NCBI GenBank assembly: GCA_963706445.1
Contig: OY970160.1
Coordinates: 1,376,001 to 1,440,000, forward strand
Direction of reading: 5' to 3'
DNA: 64,000 nucleotides
Source of the DNA: an uncultured Nitrososphaerales archaeon
Lineage (GTDB): Archaea; Thermoproteota; Nitrososphaeria; Nitrososphaerales; Gagatemarchaeaceae
Below the pieces are notes generated by a model. That model had not been told where the DNA came from. It ran no database searches and worked only from the letters and a program-made list of their open reading frames with translations. The first letter of the stretch is position 1. Each line of letters opens with the position of its first letter. The translations under genes were made by a program, and so were the position numbers. Below, in pieces: positions 28,664-37,953 of the stretch.

Positions 28664-29734
28664 GTGGCGGCGAAGGACTACTACGAAGTACTCGGTGTGC
28701 AGAAGGGGGCCACCAAGGACCAGATCAAGGACGCATACAGGAAGCTAGCGCTCCAGTTCCACCCTGACAGGAACAAGGCCCCCGAGGCTGAGGCGAGGTT
28801 CAAGGAGATCTCAGAGGCATACGCGGTGCTCTCGGACGACGAGAAGCGGAGGCAGTATGACGTCGGGGGGAGGGAAGGGGTATACCAGAGGTACAGTCAG
28901 GAGGACATATTCCGCGGGGCAGACTTCGGGGAGTTCTTCAGGGGGATGGGAGGGTCCGGCTTCGATGACATATTCTCCCAGTTCTTCGGGGGCGGAGGAC
29001 GGGGTCCCCGGCGGGGGGAGGACCTGACCTATCACATGCAGGTCAACCTCGAAGACATCGTCCAGGAGTCGAACAGGGAGATAGAGATCCCGAGAAACGA
29101 GGTGTGCTCCACCTGCGACGGTAGCGGGGCCAGGCCGGGGACGACGCCACGGAGGTGCGAGACCTGCGGAGGGACTGGGCAGGTGCAGAAGGTCCAGTCT
29201 GCGGGGTTCGCAAGGCTGGTGAGGATAACTGCGTGCAGCAAGTGCGGGGGGAGGGGATACATGATAGACAACCCCTGCAAGGAGTGCCACGGACGGGGGA
29301 CGGTCCAGAAGACGAGGAAGATCAGCATAATGATTCCGGCCGGGGTCGAGGATGGGCACACCCTCAGGTTGAGGGGGGAAGGGAACGCCGGGGAGAGCGG
29401 GGTCCCGCCGGGGGACCTGTACCTAGTTGTGAACGTGGCCCCCCACAGGCTCTTCGCCAGGCAGGACAGCGACCTGTACCTTGAGGCAAAGGTGGGAGTG
29501 GTCCAGGCGATGCTGGGGGCGGAACTCACGGTGCCGACCCTCTACGGGGACGTCAAGTTCTCTGTCCCCCACGGGACCCAGCCTGGGACGGTCTTCAAGG
29601 TGAAGGGGAAGGGGCTCCCCAACTACGGGAGTTGGGGGAAGGGGGACCAGTACGTTAAGGTGAACGTGGATGTCCCGAAGAACCTGTCAGACCAGCAGAA
29701 GGACCTTCTCAAGAAGTTCGGGGACCAACGCTAG
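28664..29734 (+). CDS. dnaJ: chaperone DnaJ
   Basis: J domain with HPD; four CxxCxGxG repeats. Confidence 0.97.
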   Translation: MAAKDYYEVLGVQKGATKDQIKDAYRKLALQFHPDRNKAPEAEARFKEISEAYAVLSDDEKRRQYDVGGREGVYQRYSQEDIFRGADFGEFFRGMGGSGFDDIFSQFFGGGGRGPRRGEDLTYHMQVNLEDIVQESNREIEIPRNEVCSTCDGSGARPGTTPRRCETCGGTGQVQKVQSAGFARLVRITACSKCGGRGYMIDNPCKECHGRGTVQKTRKISIMIPAGVEDGHTLRLRGEGNAGESGVPPGDLYLVVNVAPHRLFARQDSDLYLEAKVGVVQAMLGAELTVPTLYGDVKFSVPHGTQPGTVFKVKGKGLPNYGSWGKGDQYVKVNVDVPKNLSDQQKDLLKKFGDQR

Positions 29735-30042
29735 CCCGCGAACTTGTAGATCATCAGGAAAGGGATCTCTTCGATCTCGCGGATGGCTTCGGAGGCGCCC
29801 ACCTTGTTGTCGACGGCGAGGGAGACGCTCCGTGAGCCAGCCAGGTTGATGATGGAGCAGGTGCGGATGAGCCTGAGGGCCTCGCCCTTGTCTACCACCT
29901 CCCCAGAGTAGAACTCCTTCGAGAGGTGGACCTGCAGTTTGCCTTCGCTCACAGTCCTCCCCACCAGCTCCTCGTCACACATGTTCACCAGAATGGTCCC
30001 TTTGTACTCCGCAGTGCGGACGGAGAATCCCCCTTCGGCCAA
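29731..30042 (-). CDS. DUF424 family protein
   Basis: NMCDEELVG, FYSG, IINLAG; adjacent to aIF2-beta; TTG at 30042. Confidence 0.8.
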   Translation of the reverse strand: MAEGGFSVRTAEYKGTILVNMCDEELVGRTVSEGKLQVHLSKEFYSGEVVDKGEALRLIRTCSIINLAGSRSVSLAVDNKVGASEAIREIEEIPFLMIYKFAG

Positions 30043-30044
30043 GG

Positions 30045-30461
30045 CTACGCAACCTTTGCTACCGATCGGGCCCCACAGGCTTCGCAGACCATGAACCACA
30101 TCCGCTTTTCCTTGTCGAGATGGGTGTCAGGACTGCCGCAGACGGGACAGATGACGCCGTCCTTGAGGTACCTCTGGAGGAGCTGCGAGAACGAGTCGCG
30201 GTCCTTCCTCCCGATGAATATGGCCCGCTCTCCGTCCAGGGACGCGGCGGTGGCTAGCTCCTTCGCCAGGTACATCAGCACCCGTCCTGACTCCCTCCTC
30301 AGCAGTTTGGGGAACTCGGAGTAGTTGCGGAATATCGTCTTGTTCCCGACCCAGATGACGTCGGGCTCGGGGAGCTCGAGCCTTAGGGCTCCGGACTTCT
30401 TGGCGTCCTTGTCGAGGCCGGCCCTGGCCCTTGAAAGTAGCTCCTCGTACGATCGGGGCAT
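30045..30461 (-). CDS. translation initiation factor aIF2 subunit beta
   Basis: YEELLSRA, KELAT, CPVCGSPDT...CEACGA. Confidence 0.95.
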   Translation of the reverse strand: MPRSYEELLSRARAGLDKDAKKSGALRLELPEPDVIWVGNKTIFRNYSEFPKLLRRESGRVLMYLAKELATAASLDGERAIFIGRKDRDSFSQLLQRYLKDGVICPVCGSPDTHLDKEKRMWFMVCEACGARSVAKVA

Positions 30462-30555
30462 GGCTGAATCCTTCGGTCATGGTATTTCAAGTCTTCTGGA
30501 ACTGAGAGTCTCCTGGCTGATTCTCGGGCCTTGAGAGAAACACCAGGTGCTTCGA

Positions 30556-31338
30556 CTACGGCCTCACTGACCTGATGTAGAATCTTCTTGCCGTAACCGT
30601 GAAGGTCCCTTTTCGGCCGATGTCCCTGTGCAACTCTCTTAACTTGTCCGAGTACGCATCGATGGTGAATCCTTCGATCTCCCAGGGGATCGCCAGCAGA
30701 TAGTACACGACGGCGCCGATGTCCTTGAACCATGCCTGAAGGAGCGCCTCCCGTCCCTCTGCCACCGAAAGGCCAGCCTCGGATATCTGGCGGCGGGCAG
30801 CTCCCAGGTCCCAAACCTCCTCGTCCTCGGAGTGCCCAAGGAACTCTTTCAGCTCAGGGTAATTGGAAGTACCGGCTTGTTGGGTTATGAAGACCCCTCC
30901 CTTTCGAAGAACTCTGTAGACCTCCGTTGCCACAAACGATTCGTGTCTGTCTATGACCATGTCCAGGGATCCCGTTCGGAAGGGGAGTGCCCCCGTCTGA
31001 GGGCTCACCGTGTTGTCGTCGGCGAGTGTCCGTACGATGTCGATGCCCAAAGGCTTCAGCCTGTCCCTGGCGACGATGGCGTTGGGAGGATATCCTTCTG
31101 TGACACATGTCTGTCGAGGCAGCGAGCCAAACGAGGAGAGTAGTTCGCCGCCTCCGGTCCCAAGGTCGAGGAGGGATTCGGCCTGCCCGAGCGCCTTTGC
31201 CACCTCCTGCCTGTAGTCCCAAGGCGGACTTTCTTCCATCAGCCTGCCTTGGAGCCATACGAAGTCCCATCCTGAGAACTTCGCGGATTGGGCGTCTCCG
31301 ACCAACCGGTTGAACTTTTCCTCTTCGCTTTCGACCAA
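30556..31338 (-). CDS. class I SAM-dependent methyltransferase
   Basis: LLDLGTGGGE motif; FSGWDF, LRKGGVFITQQ. Confidence 0.88.
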   Translation of the reverse strand: MVESEEEKFNRLVGDAQSAKFSGWDFVWLQGRLMEESPPWDYRQEVAKALGQAESLLDLGTGGGELLSSFGSLPRQTCVTEGYPPNAIVARDRLKPLGIDIVRTLADDNTVSPQTGALPFRTGSLDMVIDRHESFVATEVYRVLRKGGVFITQQAGTSNYPELKEFLGHSEDEEVWDLGAARRQISEAGLSVAEGREALLQAWFKDIGAVVYYLLAIPWEIEGFTIDAYSDKLRELHRDIGRKGTFTVTARRFYIRSVRP

Positions 31339-31418
31339 ATTTCGGGCCTTGGCGCTGATTTCGGTCCTAATCTGAATTTCGTTGGAAAGATTAAATCGGA
31401 AAGTGAGGGGGGCGACAT

Positions 31419-32225
31419 GTGAAGCCGACGGCGGAAATGGGCGTTTTTGGCGGCTCGGGGTTCTACAAGTTTCTCAAGGGGGGAGAGGAGATTGCCGTCA
31501 GGACCCCCTACGGGAGGCCCAGCGGAAGGGTGACCCTCTCGGACGTCGGCGGGAAGACGGTTGCGTTCATCCCTAGGCATGGAGTACATCACGAGTACCC
31601 GCCCCACATGGTGCCCTACAGGGCGAACGTCTATGCGTTCAAGCAGCTAGGAGCGTCAAGGATCATCGCACCCAACGCCGTCGGGAGCCTGAAGGCAGGG
31701 ATAGCCCCGGGGGACATTGTCATCTGCGACCAGTTCGTGAATTTCACTACGGGGAGGAAGGACACCTACTACGACGGGCCGGAGACGACCCACGTGGGCA
31801 TGGCCCAGCCCTATTGCCCCCAGATGAGGGAGGTGGCGATCAAGGCCGCCATGAGGCTGGGGATTAAGTTCCACGAAGCAGGGACGGTGGTGGTGATACA
31901 AGGGCCGAGGTTCTCGACTACGGCCGAGAGCAGGTTCTTCTCGAAACAGGGGTGGGACGTCATCAACATGACCCAGTACCCAGAAGTAGTACTGGCAAGA
32001 GAGCAGGAACTCTGCTACCTCAATATCTCTCTGGCCACCGACTACGACGCTGGACTCGAGGGGGACCCTAGCGTGAAACCTGTGTCGCATGAGGAGGTCA
32101 TCAATGTGTTCAACAGCAAGATGGAGAGCCTGAGGGAGCTGATCGTTGAGGTCGTGAAGGCGCTCCCGGAGAAGAGGACCTGCGAGTGCGGGACGGCACT
32201 GAAGCATGCGAGGATGAGCGCCTGA
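31419..32225 (+). CDS. mtnP: S-methyl-5'-thioadenosine phosphorylase
   Basis: GGSG, PRHG, GPRFSTTAES, INMT, TDYD (6-aminopurine type). Confidence 0.92.
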   Translation: MKPTAEMGVFGGSGFYKFLKGGEEIAVRTPYGRPSGRVTLSDVGGKTVAFIPRHGVHHEYPPHMVPYRANVYAFKQLGASRIIAPNAVGSLKAGIAPGDIVICDQFVNFTTGRKDTYYDGPETTHVGMAQPYCPQMREVAIKAAMRLGIKFHEAGTVVVIQGPRFSTTAESRFFSKQGWDVINMTQYPEVVLAREQELCYLNISLATDYDAGLEGDPSVKPVSHEEVINVFNSKMESLRELIVEVVKALPEKRTCECGTALKHARMSA

Positions 32226-32755
32226 TGGGGAAGCTCGAGACGGACATCAAGAAGAGCATCAGGACCATCCACGACTACCCGAAGAAGGGGATACCGTTCA
32301 AGGACCTCACCACCCTCTGGCGGAACGGGAACCTCACCCATAGGGTCATGGACGCCCTCGTCAGGGAATGGAAGGGGGCCAAGCTCGACAAGATAGTGGG
32401 GATAGAAGCGAGGGGGTTCATCGTAGGGGCGCCCATGGCCGACAGGCTCGGCGTCGGGTTCGTCCCCGCGAGGAAGATAGGGAAGCTCCCAGCGTCTAAG
32501 GTCAGCCTGAACTACGAATTGGAGTATGGGAGGGCGGGGCTGGAGATGCACACTGACTCGATCTCCAAGGGAGACCGGGTGCTTGTCGTGGACGACCTGC
32601 TCGCGACGGGGGGGACGTCCTGGGCGGCGGCGGCCCTAGTCAAGAGGTTGGGAGGCAAGGTGGTGGGCTTCGCCTTCGTCACGGAGCTTAGCAGCCTGAA
32701 TGGAAGGAAGAAGCTCAAGGGGTACGAAGTCTACTCCCTGGCGAAGTATGACTAG
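32225..32755 (+). CDS. apt: adenine phosphoribosyltransferase
   Basis: DYPKKGIPFKD, IEARGF, VDDLLATGGT; ATG at 32225 overlaps the mtnP stop. Confidence 0.93.
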   Translation: MGKLETDIKKSIRTIHDYPKKGIPFKDLTTLWRNGNLTHRVMDALVREWKGAKLDKIVGIEARGFIVGAPMADRLGVGFVPARKIGKLPASKVSLNYELEYGRAGLEMHTDSISKGDRVLVVDDLLATGGTSWAAAALVKRLGGKVVGFAFVTELSSLNGRKKLKGYEVYSLAKYD

Positions 32756-33485
32756 GAGCGTCCCCCCTGTCGGGGTCATCACTGGCACCGGGGTTACTGA
32801 GCACTTCGACCTCAGCAGGCCCAGACTGGTTAGCACACGCTTTGGAAAGGCGACTGTGTTCTCGCACCAGGGAGGGGACTACCTGATAATCCCGCGGCAC
32901 GGAGCAGCCCACAAGTCTCCGCCCCACGGGATCAACTATCGGGCGAACATAGCGGCCTTCGGACATCTCGGGGTCAAGCAGGTGATTGCCACCAGCGCCG
33001 TGGGCTCCATGAACCAGGGGCTCCGGGTTGGGGGGATAGGACTCATAGAGCAGTTTCTGGACTTCACAAAGCGGAGGCAGACGACGTTCTTCGAGGAGAA
33101 GGTGGTGCACACGGACATGACTTATCCGTACAGCAGGCACCTCAATCTGGAGCTGACTGTGGCCGCTCGGAAAATGGGGATTGAGCTCCGGCCCCACATG
33201 GTATACGTCTGCGCGGAGGGCCCGAGGTTCGAGACGGCGGCGGAGATCAAGATGTACAAGATACTCGGCGGGGACGTGGTCGGGATGACAGGGGTGCCGG
33301 AGGTCGTGCTAGCCAACGAGATGAAGCTGGAGTACGCGTCTGTCGTGCTAGCCACCAACTGGGCCGCGGGAATGCAGCCGAAGGTCAGCCATGAGGAGGT
33401 CCTGAAGGTGATGGGGCGCTCCGGGAAGGTAGTCAAACAGCTCATAGAGACCACCATCGCAGGACTGAGGGGGGAGAAGAGTTGA
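32748..33485 (+). CDS. MTAP-family purine nucleoside / methylthioinosine phosphorylase
   Basis: PRHG, GPRFETAAEI, VGMT, TNWA (6-oxopurine type); ATG at 32748. Confidence 0.85.
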   Translation: MTRSVPPVGVITGTGVTEHFDLSRPRLVSTRFGKATVFSHQGGDYLIIPRHGAAHKSPPHGINYRANIAAFGHLGVKQVIATSAVGSMNQGLRVGGIGLIEQFLDFTKRRQTTFFEEKVVHTDMTYPYSRHLNLELTVAARKMGIELRPHMVYVCAEGPRFETAAEIKMYKILGGDVVGMTGVPEVVLANEMKLEYASVVLATNWAAGMQPKVSHEEVLKVMGRSGKVVKQLIETTIAGLRGEKS

Positions 33486-34714
33486 CCAAGATCGCCGACC
33501 CGAAGCTGAGCGCGGAGGGGGAGAGGAACTTCCTCTGGGCCAGGGCGCACATGGGCACCCTGACGACCCTCGCCGAGAAGTACGGGAAGTCCAGGCCGCT
33601 GGAAGGGGTCAAGCTGGGTGTCTGCCTGCATGTCACCAAGGAAACGTCGGTGCTCATCGACGCCCTGCTGATGTGTGGCGCGGAAGTAAAACTGGCCGCA
33701 GCGAACCCCCTTTCGACCCAGGATGACGTAGCCGCCTATCTCGCGACAAGGACGGACGTCTGGGCATGGAGGGGGGAGTCGACGAGGGAGTACGGCCGGT
33801 GCATCGGGGAGGTGCTCCGCTCGCGCCCTGACCAGCTCATCGACGACGGCGCTGACCTGCACGTGGCGGCCCACACATCGCGGGCCAGGGGAATCGTCGG
33901 GGGGTCGGAGGAGACGACGACGGGCGTGGTTAGGCTGAAGGCACTCGAGGCCGAGGGGATGCTCGCCTACCCTGTGATAGCGGTCAACGACGCCAAGACG
34001 AAGTATCTGTTCGATAACAGGTATGGGACTGGGCAGAGCACCATGGACGGGATTATGAGGGCCACGGCGCTGCTGCTTGCCGGAGTCAAGACCGTCGTGG
34101 TGGGGTACGGCTGGGTCGGGAAAGGGTTGGCGATGCGGGCCCGCGGGATGGGGGCCAGGGTGACGGTGGTCGAGGTAGACCCAGTAAGGGCCCTGGAGGC
34201 ACACCTGGACGGGTTCGACGTCGAGAACATCGACCGCGCAGCCTCAGATGGGGAGCTGTTCATCACGGCCACAGGGCAGAAGAACGTTGTCCCCTACGGA
34301 GCGATTTCGAAGATGAAGGAGGGAGCGATACTGGCCAACGCCGGGCACTTCGACGTGGAGATCGATGTAAAGACGCTGATGTCGAAGGCGAAAGGAACGA
34401 AGGCGGTCAGGCCCAACGTCGACGAGGTCACCCTTCCGTCAGGAAAGAGGGTCTACCTAATCGCCAAGGGGAGGATCGCAAACCTGGTGGCAGCAGAAGG
34501 GCATCCGCCTGAGGTGATGCAGATGTCGTTCGCGAACCAGATGATGGCGGCGATCAGAATCCACAGAGAACACGGCAGGATGGGGAAGAAGGTGTACGGC
34601 GTCCCGGCGGAGCTGGAGGACGAAGTCGCTCGGGCGGCCCTGAAGTCCATGGGGGTCTCCATCGGCGCCGCCACCAAGGAACAGAAGGATTACGGGAAGA
34701 GCTGGAAAATCTGA
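33482..34714 (+). CDS. ahcY: adenosylhomocysteinase
   Basis: LHVTKET, NPLSTQD, EETTTG, FDNRYGTGQS, GHP. Confidence 0.97.
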   Translation: MTKIADPKLSAEGERNFLWARAHMGTLTTLAEKYGKSRPLEGVKLGVCLHVTKETSVLIDALLMCGAEVKLAAANPLSTQDDVAAYLATRTDVWAWRGESTREYGRCIGEVLRSRPDQLIDDGADLHVAAHTSRARGIVGGSEETTTGVVRLKALEAEGMLAYPVIAVNDAKTKYLFDNRYGTGQSTMDGIMRATALLLAGVKTVVVGYGWVGKGLAMRARGMGARVTVVEVDPVRALEAHLDGFDVENIDRAASDGELFITATGQKNVVPYGAISKMKEGAILANAGHFDVEIDVKTLMSKAKGTKAVRPNVDEVTLPSGKRVYLIAKGRIANLVAAEGHPPEVMQMSFANQMMAAIRIHREHGRMGKKVYGVPAELEDEVARAALKSMGVSIGAATKEQKDYGKSWKI

Positions 34715-34754
34715 CCCAATCTTTATACTGAAAGGGACGAGGTCGCAGTCAGCC

Positions 34755-36458
34755 GTGGCGAAGAAGTCCAAGGGACGGGTGCTGGTGCTCTGCGCCCTTC
34801 CATACACCAACGCAGTCCCTCATGTCGGGAACTTGGTGGGCTCTCACCTCCCAGCTGACATATTTGCGAGGTACTGCAGGCTCAAGGGCCTTGAGACGCT
34901 ATTCGTCGGAGCGACGGACGAGAACGGGACCCCCACCGAAGTCGCCGCCCTGGAGCTCAAGGTAACGCCGAAGGAGGTGACTGACACTCTCTACAAGGTA
35001 CACAGGGACATCTATTCGTGGTTTGAGATCTCCTATGACAACTTCTCGAGGACGTCTAGCCCTACCCACCACAGGACGACCCGCGAGTTCTTTCTGAAGA
35101 TCTACAAGAAGGGGTTCGTCAGCGAGGGGGAGCAGCGCCTCCCTTACTGCGAGAACGACAAGATCTTCCTCCCGGACAGGTACGTCGTGGGGAAGTGCCC
35201 TGTCTGCGGCTACGAGTTCGCCAGAGGGGACCAGTGCGAAAGGTGCGCCACCCTCCTCGACCCCATCCAACTCATTGAACCCCGGTGTAAGATCGATGGT
35301 AGCGCGCCTGTGTTCAGAGACAGCAAACAGCTTTTCCTTGAGCTGGGGAAGGTGCAGGACCGGCTCGAGAAGTGGATAACCTCCCGGGAGATCTGGCGGA
35401 GCCAGGTGAAGGCCTTGGCCCTTGGATGGATCAAGGAGGGGCTGAAGAAGCGGTCCATCACCCGGGACCTTCGTTGGGGAGTCCCTGTCCCACTGGAGAC
35501 CTTCAAGGACAAGGTGTTCTACGTCTGGTTCGATGCGCCCATCGGCTACATTTCTGCCACGAAGGAGTGGGCCGAGGCCATGGGGAAGCCCAACAAATGG
35601 AAGGAGTTCTGGCTCGACAAGGACTCCCGGATCTACAACTTCCTCGGGAAGGACAACATACCATTCCATACGATATTCTGGCCGGGGATGCTTTTCGCCC
35701 ATGGGGGGATCGACCTCCCCTACGACGTGGTAGGGCTGCAGTTCTGCAACTACGAAGGGGACAAGATATCGAAGAGCAGGAACTGGGGGATATTCTGCGA
35801 GAACGTGCCGCAGGTGGGGCTGGACCCGGACATCTGGAGGTACTACCTAGTCCAGATAATCCCAGAGACAAGGGACACCGAGTTCAAGTGGGAGGAGTTC
35901 AAGAGCAAGGTGAACAACGAGCTCGTCGCCAACATAGGGAACTTCATCCACAGGACATCCACCTTCGCCTGGAACAACTTCGGCGGGGACGTCAGCATGC
36001 ATGCGAGGAACAAGGAGGAGCGGGAGCTGCTCGGGCGCGCCCAGAAGCTGGCCGAGGAGGCGGGAGAGCTCCTCGAGCAGGTGAAGTTCAGGGATGCGAT
36101 GACGAAGATCCTCGCCATATCAGACCTGGGGAACGAATACTTCCAGCGGAGTCAGCCTTGGAAGGTGATCAAGGAAGACAAAGCCGCCTGTCAGCAGATA
36201 ATCCACACCTGCCTTTCGATGTGCGAGATGGTGGGGATACTCCTCCAGCCGTTCCTCCCCGCCTCGTCCGACAGGATACTCGCGATGTACGGCGTGTCCA
36301 AGCCCAGGCTCGAAGACGTCGGAAAGACAAAACGGAGGATCAAGCTCGCAGCCGAGCCCAAGATCCCCTTCAGGAAGCTCGAAGACGAGCAGATAGAGAA
36401 GGCGAAGACGCTGTCGACCAGGAGCCGTCCCGTAAAGGACTACTTCGTGAAGGCCTGA
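34755..36458 (+). CDS. metG: methionine--tRNA ligase
   Basis: ALPY, HVGN, YVWFDAPIGY, KISKS. Confidence 0.97.
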   Translation: MAKKSKGRVLVLCALPYTNAVPHVGNLVGSHLPADIFARYCRLKGLETLFVGATDENGTPTEVAALELKVTPKEVTDTLYKVHRDIYSWFEISYDNFSRTSSPTHHRTTREFFLKIYKKGFVSEGEQRLPYCENDKIFLPDRYVVGKCPVCGYEFARGDQCERCATLLDPIQLIEPRCKIDGSAPVFRDSKQLFLELGKVQDRLEKWITSREIWRSQVKALALGWIKEGLKKRSITRDLRWGVPVPLETFKDKVFYVWFDAPIGYISATKEWAEAMGKPNKWKEFWLDKDSRIYNFLGKDNIPFHTIFWPGMLFAHGGIDLPYDVVGLQFCNYEGDKISKSRNWGIFCENVPQVGLDPDIWRYYLVQIIPETRDTEFKWEEFKSKVNNELVANIGNFIHRTSTFAWNNFGGDVSMHARNKEERELLGRAQKLAEEAGELLEQVKFRDAMTKILAISDLGNEYFQRSQPWKVIKEDKAACQQIIHTCLSMCEMVGILLQPFLPASSDRILAMYGVSKPRLEDVGKTKRRIKLAAEPKIPFRKLEDEQIEKAKTLSTRSRPVKDYFVKA

Positions 36459-36459
36459 C

Positions 36460-37488
36460 CTAGTCGCAGGACTGCAGGGCTTCGAGCCCCTCGGGGAGGG
36501 CGAAGTCCATGTCGTCGTCGAGGACCCGGTCTCCGAAGACCTTGTTCAGCGGGTCGTAGTCGTCGTATTTCGTCGAGCTGAACCCAGATGCTAGCACGCA
36601 GACCTGGAGTTGCGAGGAACCGGTGTAATCGACCCCGTACTCCACATCCAGAGCCTGGTTTCCTGTCGCCGTGCCCAGCCTCTCCACGGCCAATGCGACC
36701 TCGGGAGCGGTGAGGCTCGAGTCTCCGTTCAAGCTGACTACAGCCCGCGAGGCTTCCTTGGCGTCGGCGAGCTTCCCCAGGGAGACCACGGCCCCTGCGA
36801 GTGCGTCCTCGGTCTTGTCGGCCGAGGTGCTGCTTGAAAGCCCGAGCAGCGAGTACCCGTCCTGGAGCACCGTGCCAAGGAGCTTGTTCATCCCTATCGG
36901 TTTCGAGCCTTCGGCCGCTCCTGCCAGCAGCGATCCCAGGGCCTTGACTGCGGCTTTGTTGGCGGTGTCATAGATGCCTGCGAGGGTGGAATCCTCGGAG
37001 GACGAGCGCATCAGAGTGTCGTTGTCCACTACGACTACCCCCTTGGATGAAGCCCTGAGTCGCCTGAGCGAGACCCCGGCGTAGAACTTCATCTTCTTCT
37101 CAAAGTCAAAGGGCATTATCGCGACCCCCACGGCCGTGGCCCCACAGGCCTGTGAAAGCGAAGCGACGAGAGGAGCAAGCCCGCTCCCTGTAGCGCCCCC
37201 GAGACCGGCCACGATGAAGACGACTTCGGAACCGCTCACTAGTTCCCTTATGCGCTCCTGGTACCCCATGGCCAGGCCCCGGACCATGGCCGGGGTCAGC
37301 TTCTGCTCCACCGGCGAATCAATCAGCATTGCGTCCTTCAGGTCAACGGTCGAGAAGTCGTTGTCGTCGCAAGAAATGTAGGCGTACCTGTCCACCATCA
37401 ACGATTTTCTGCTCAGGAGGGAGACCACCTTGATCCCCGCACTTCCTATCCCTACTGCCACTGTCTTTGCTCGATTATTGACAACCAA
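36460..37488 (-). CDS. ftsZ: divergent FtsZ/tubulin-family protein
   Basis: GLGGATGSG signature, MPFDFEK, VVDND; TTG at 37488 assumed. Confidence 0.75.
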   Translation of the reverse strand: MVVNNRAKTVAVGIGSAGIKVVSLLSRKSLMVDRYAYISCDDNDFSTVDLKDAMLIDSPVEQKLTPAMVRGLAMGYQERIRELVSGSEVVFIVAGLGGATGSGLAPLVASLSQACGATAVGVAIMPFDFEKKMKFYAGVSLRRLRASSKGVVVVDNDTLMRSSSEDSTLAGIYDTANKAAVKALGSLLAGAAEGSKPIGMNKLLGTVLQDGYSLLGLSSSTSADKTEDALAGAVVSLGKLADAKEASRAVVSLNGDSSLTAPEVALAVERLGTATGNQALDVEYGVDYTGSSQLQVCVLASGFSSTKYDDYDPLNKVFGDRVLDDDMDFALPEGLEALQSCD

Positions 37489-37596
37489 TTCTGGGGCGCA
37501 GACCATGTTAGCGGCGAGAATAAACAAACCCACCACTGAATTTTGTTGACGATGGAGTAGTTTTTGTTTACCCTGCGTCCAATGATATTGCCGGGG

Positions 37597-37911
37597 TCAC
37601 TTTCCGAAGTTCGGCACGGGAGCGTCCTCGTTGACGAGCCTGTTGACTAGGTCGTCCATCATGTGCCCCGAGCACTCGACCCTGACAGCTTGGACTCCGG
37701 CGACAGACAGGGCAACCTGCTTGATGCTCCTCCCCGTGTCCACGGCGATGGGGCTGTAGGCGGAGAGGGGCTGGAATCTGACCCTGATAGAGCCGGTGGC
37801 CATCTCGTTGACATCTGTGACTATGTTTAGCTCCCCGAGCTTCCTCTTAGTCTCCTCGTCGACGATGTCGTTCAATCGCTCGGCGACTCGCATGGAGAGT
37901 TCGCTTGGCAA
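37597..37911 (-). CDS. DUF59/SufT-like Fe-S assembly domain protein
   Basis: LNDIVDEETKRKLGELNIV resembles the DUF59 N-terminus; the usual CP is SP here. Confidence 0.6.
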   Translation of the reverse strand: MPSELSMRVAERLNDIVDEETKRKLGELNIVTDVNEMATGSIRVRFQPLSAYSPIAVDTGRSIKQVALSVAGVQAVRVECSGHMMDDLVNRLVNEDAPVPNFGK

Positions 37912-37953
37912 GTTGAGAGACCCCGAAATTCCTGAGCCTATTTGACTTTTGGC

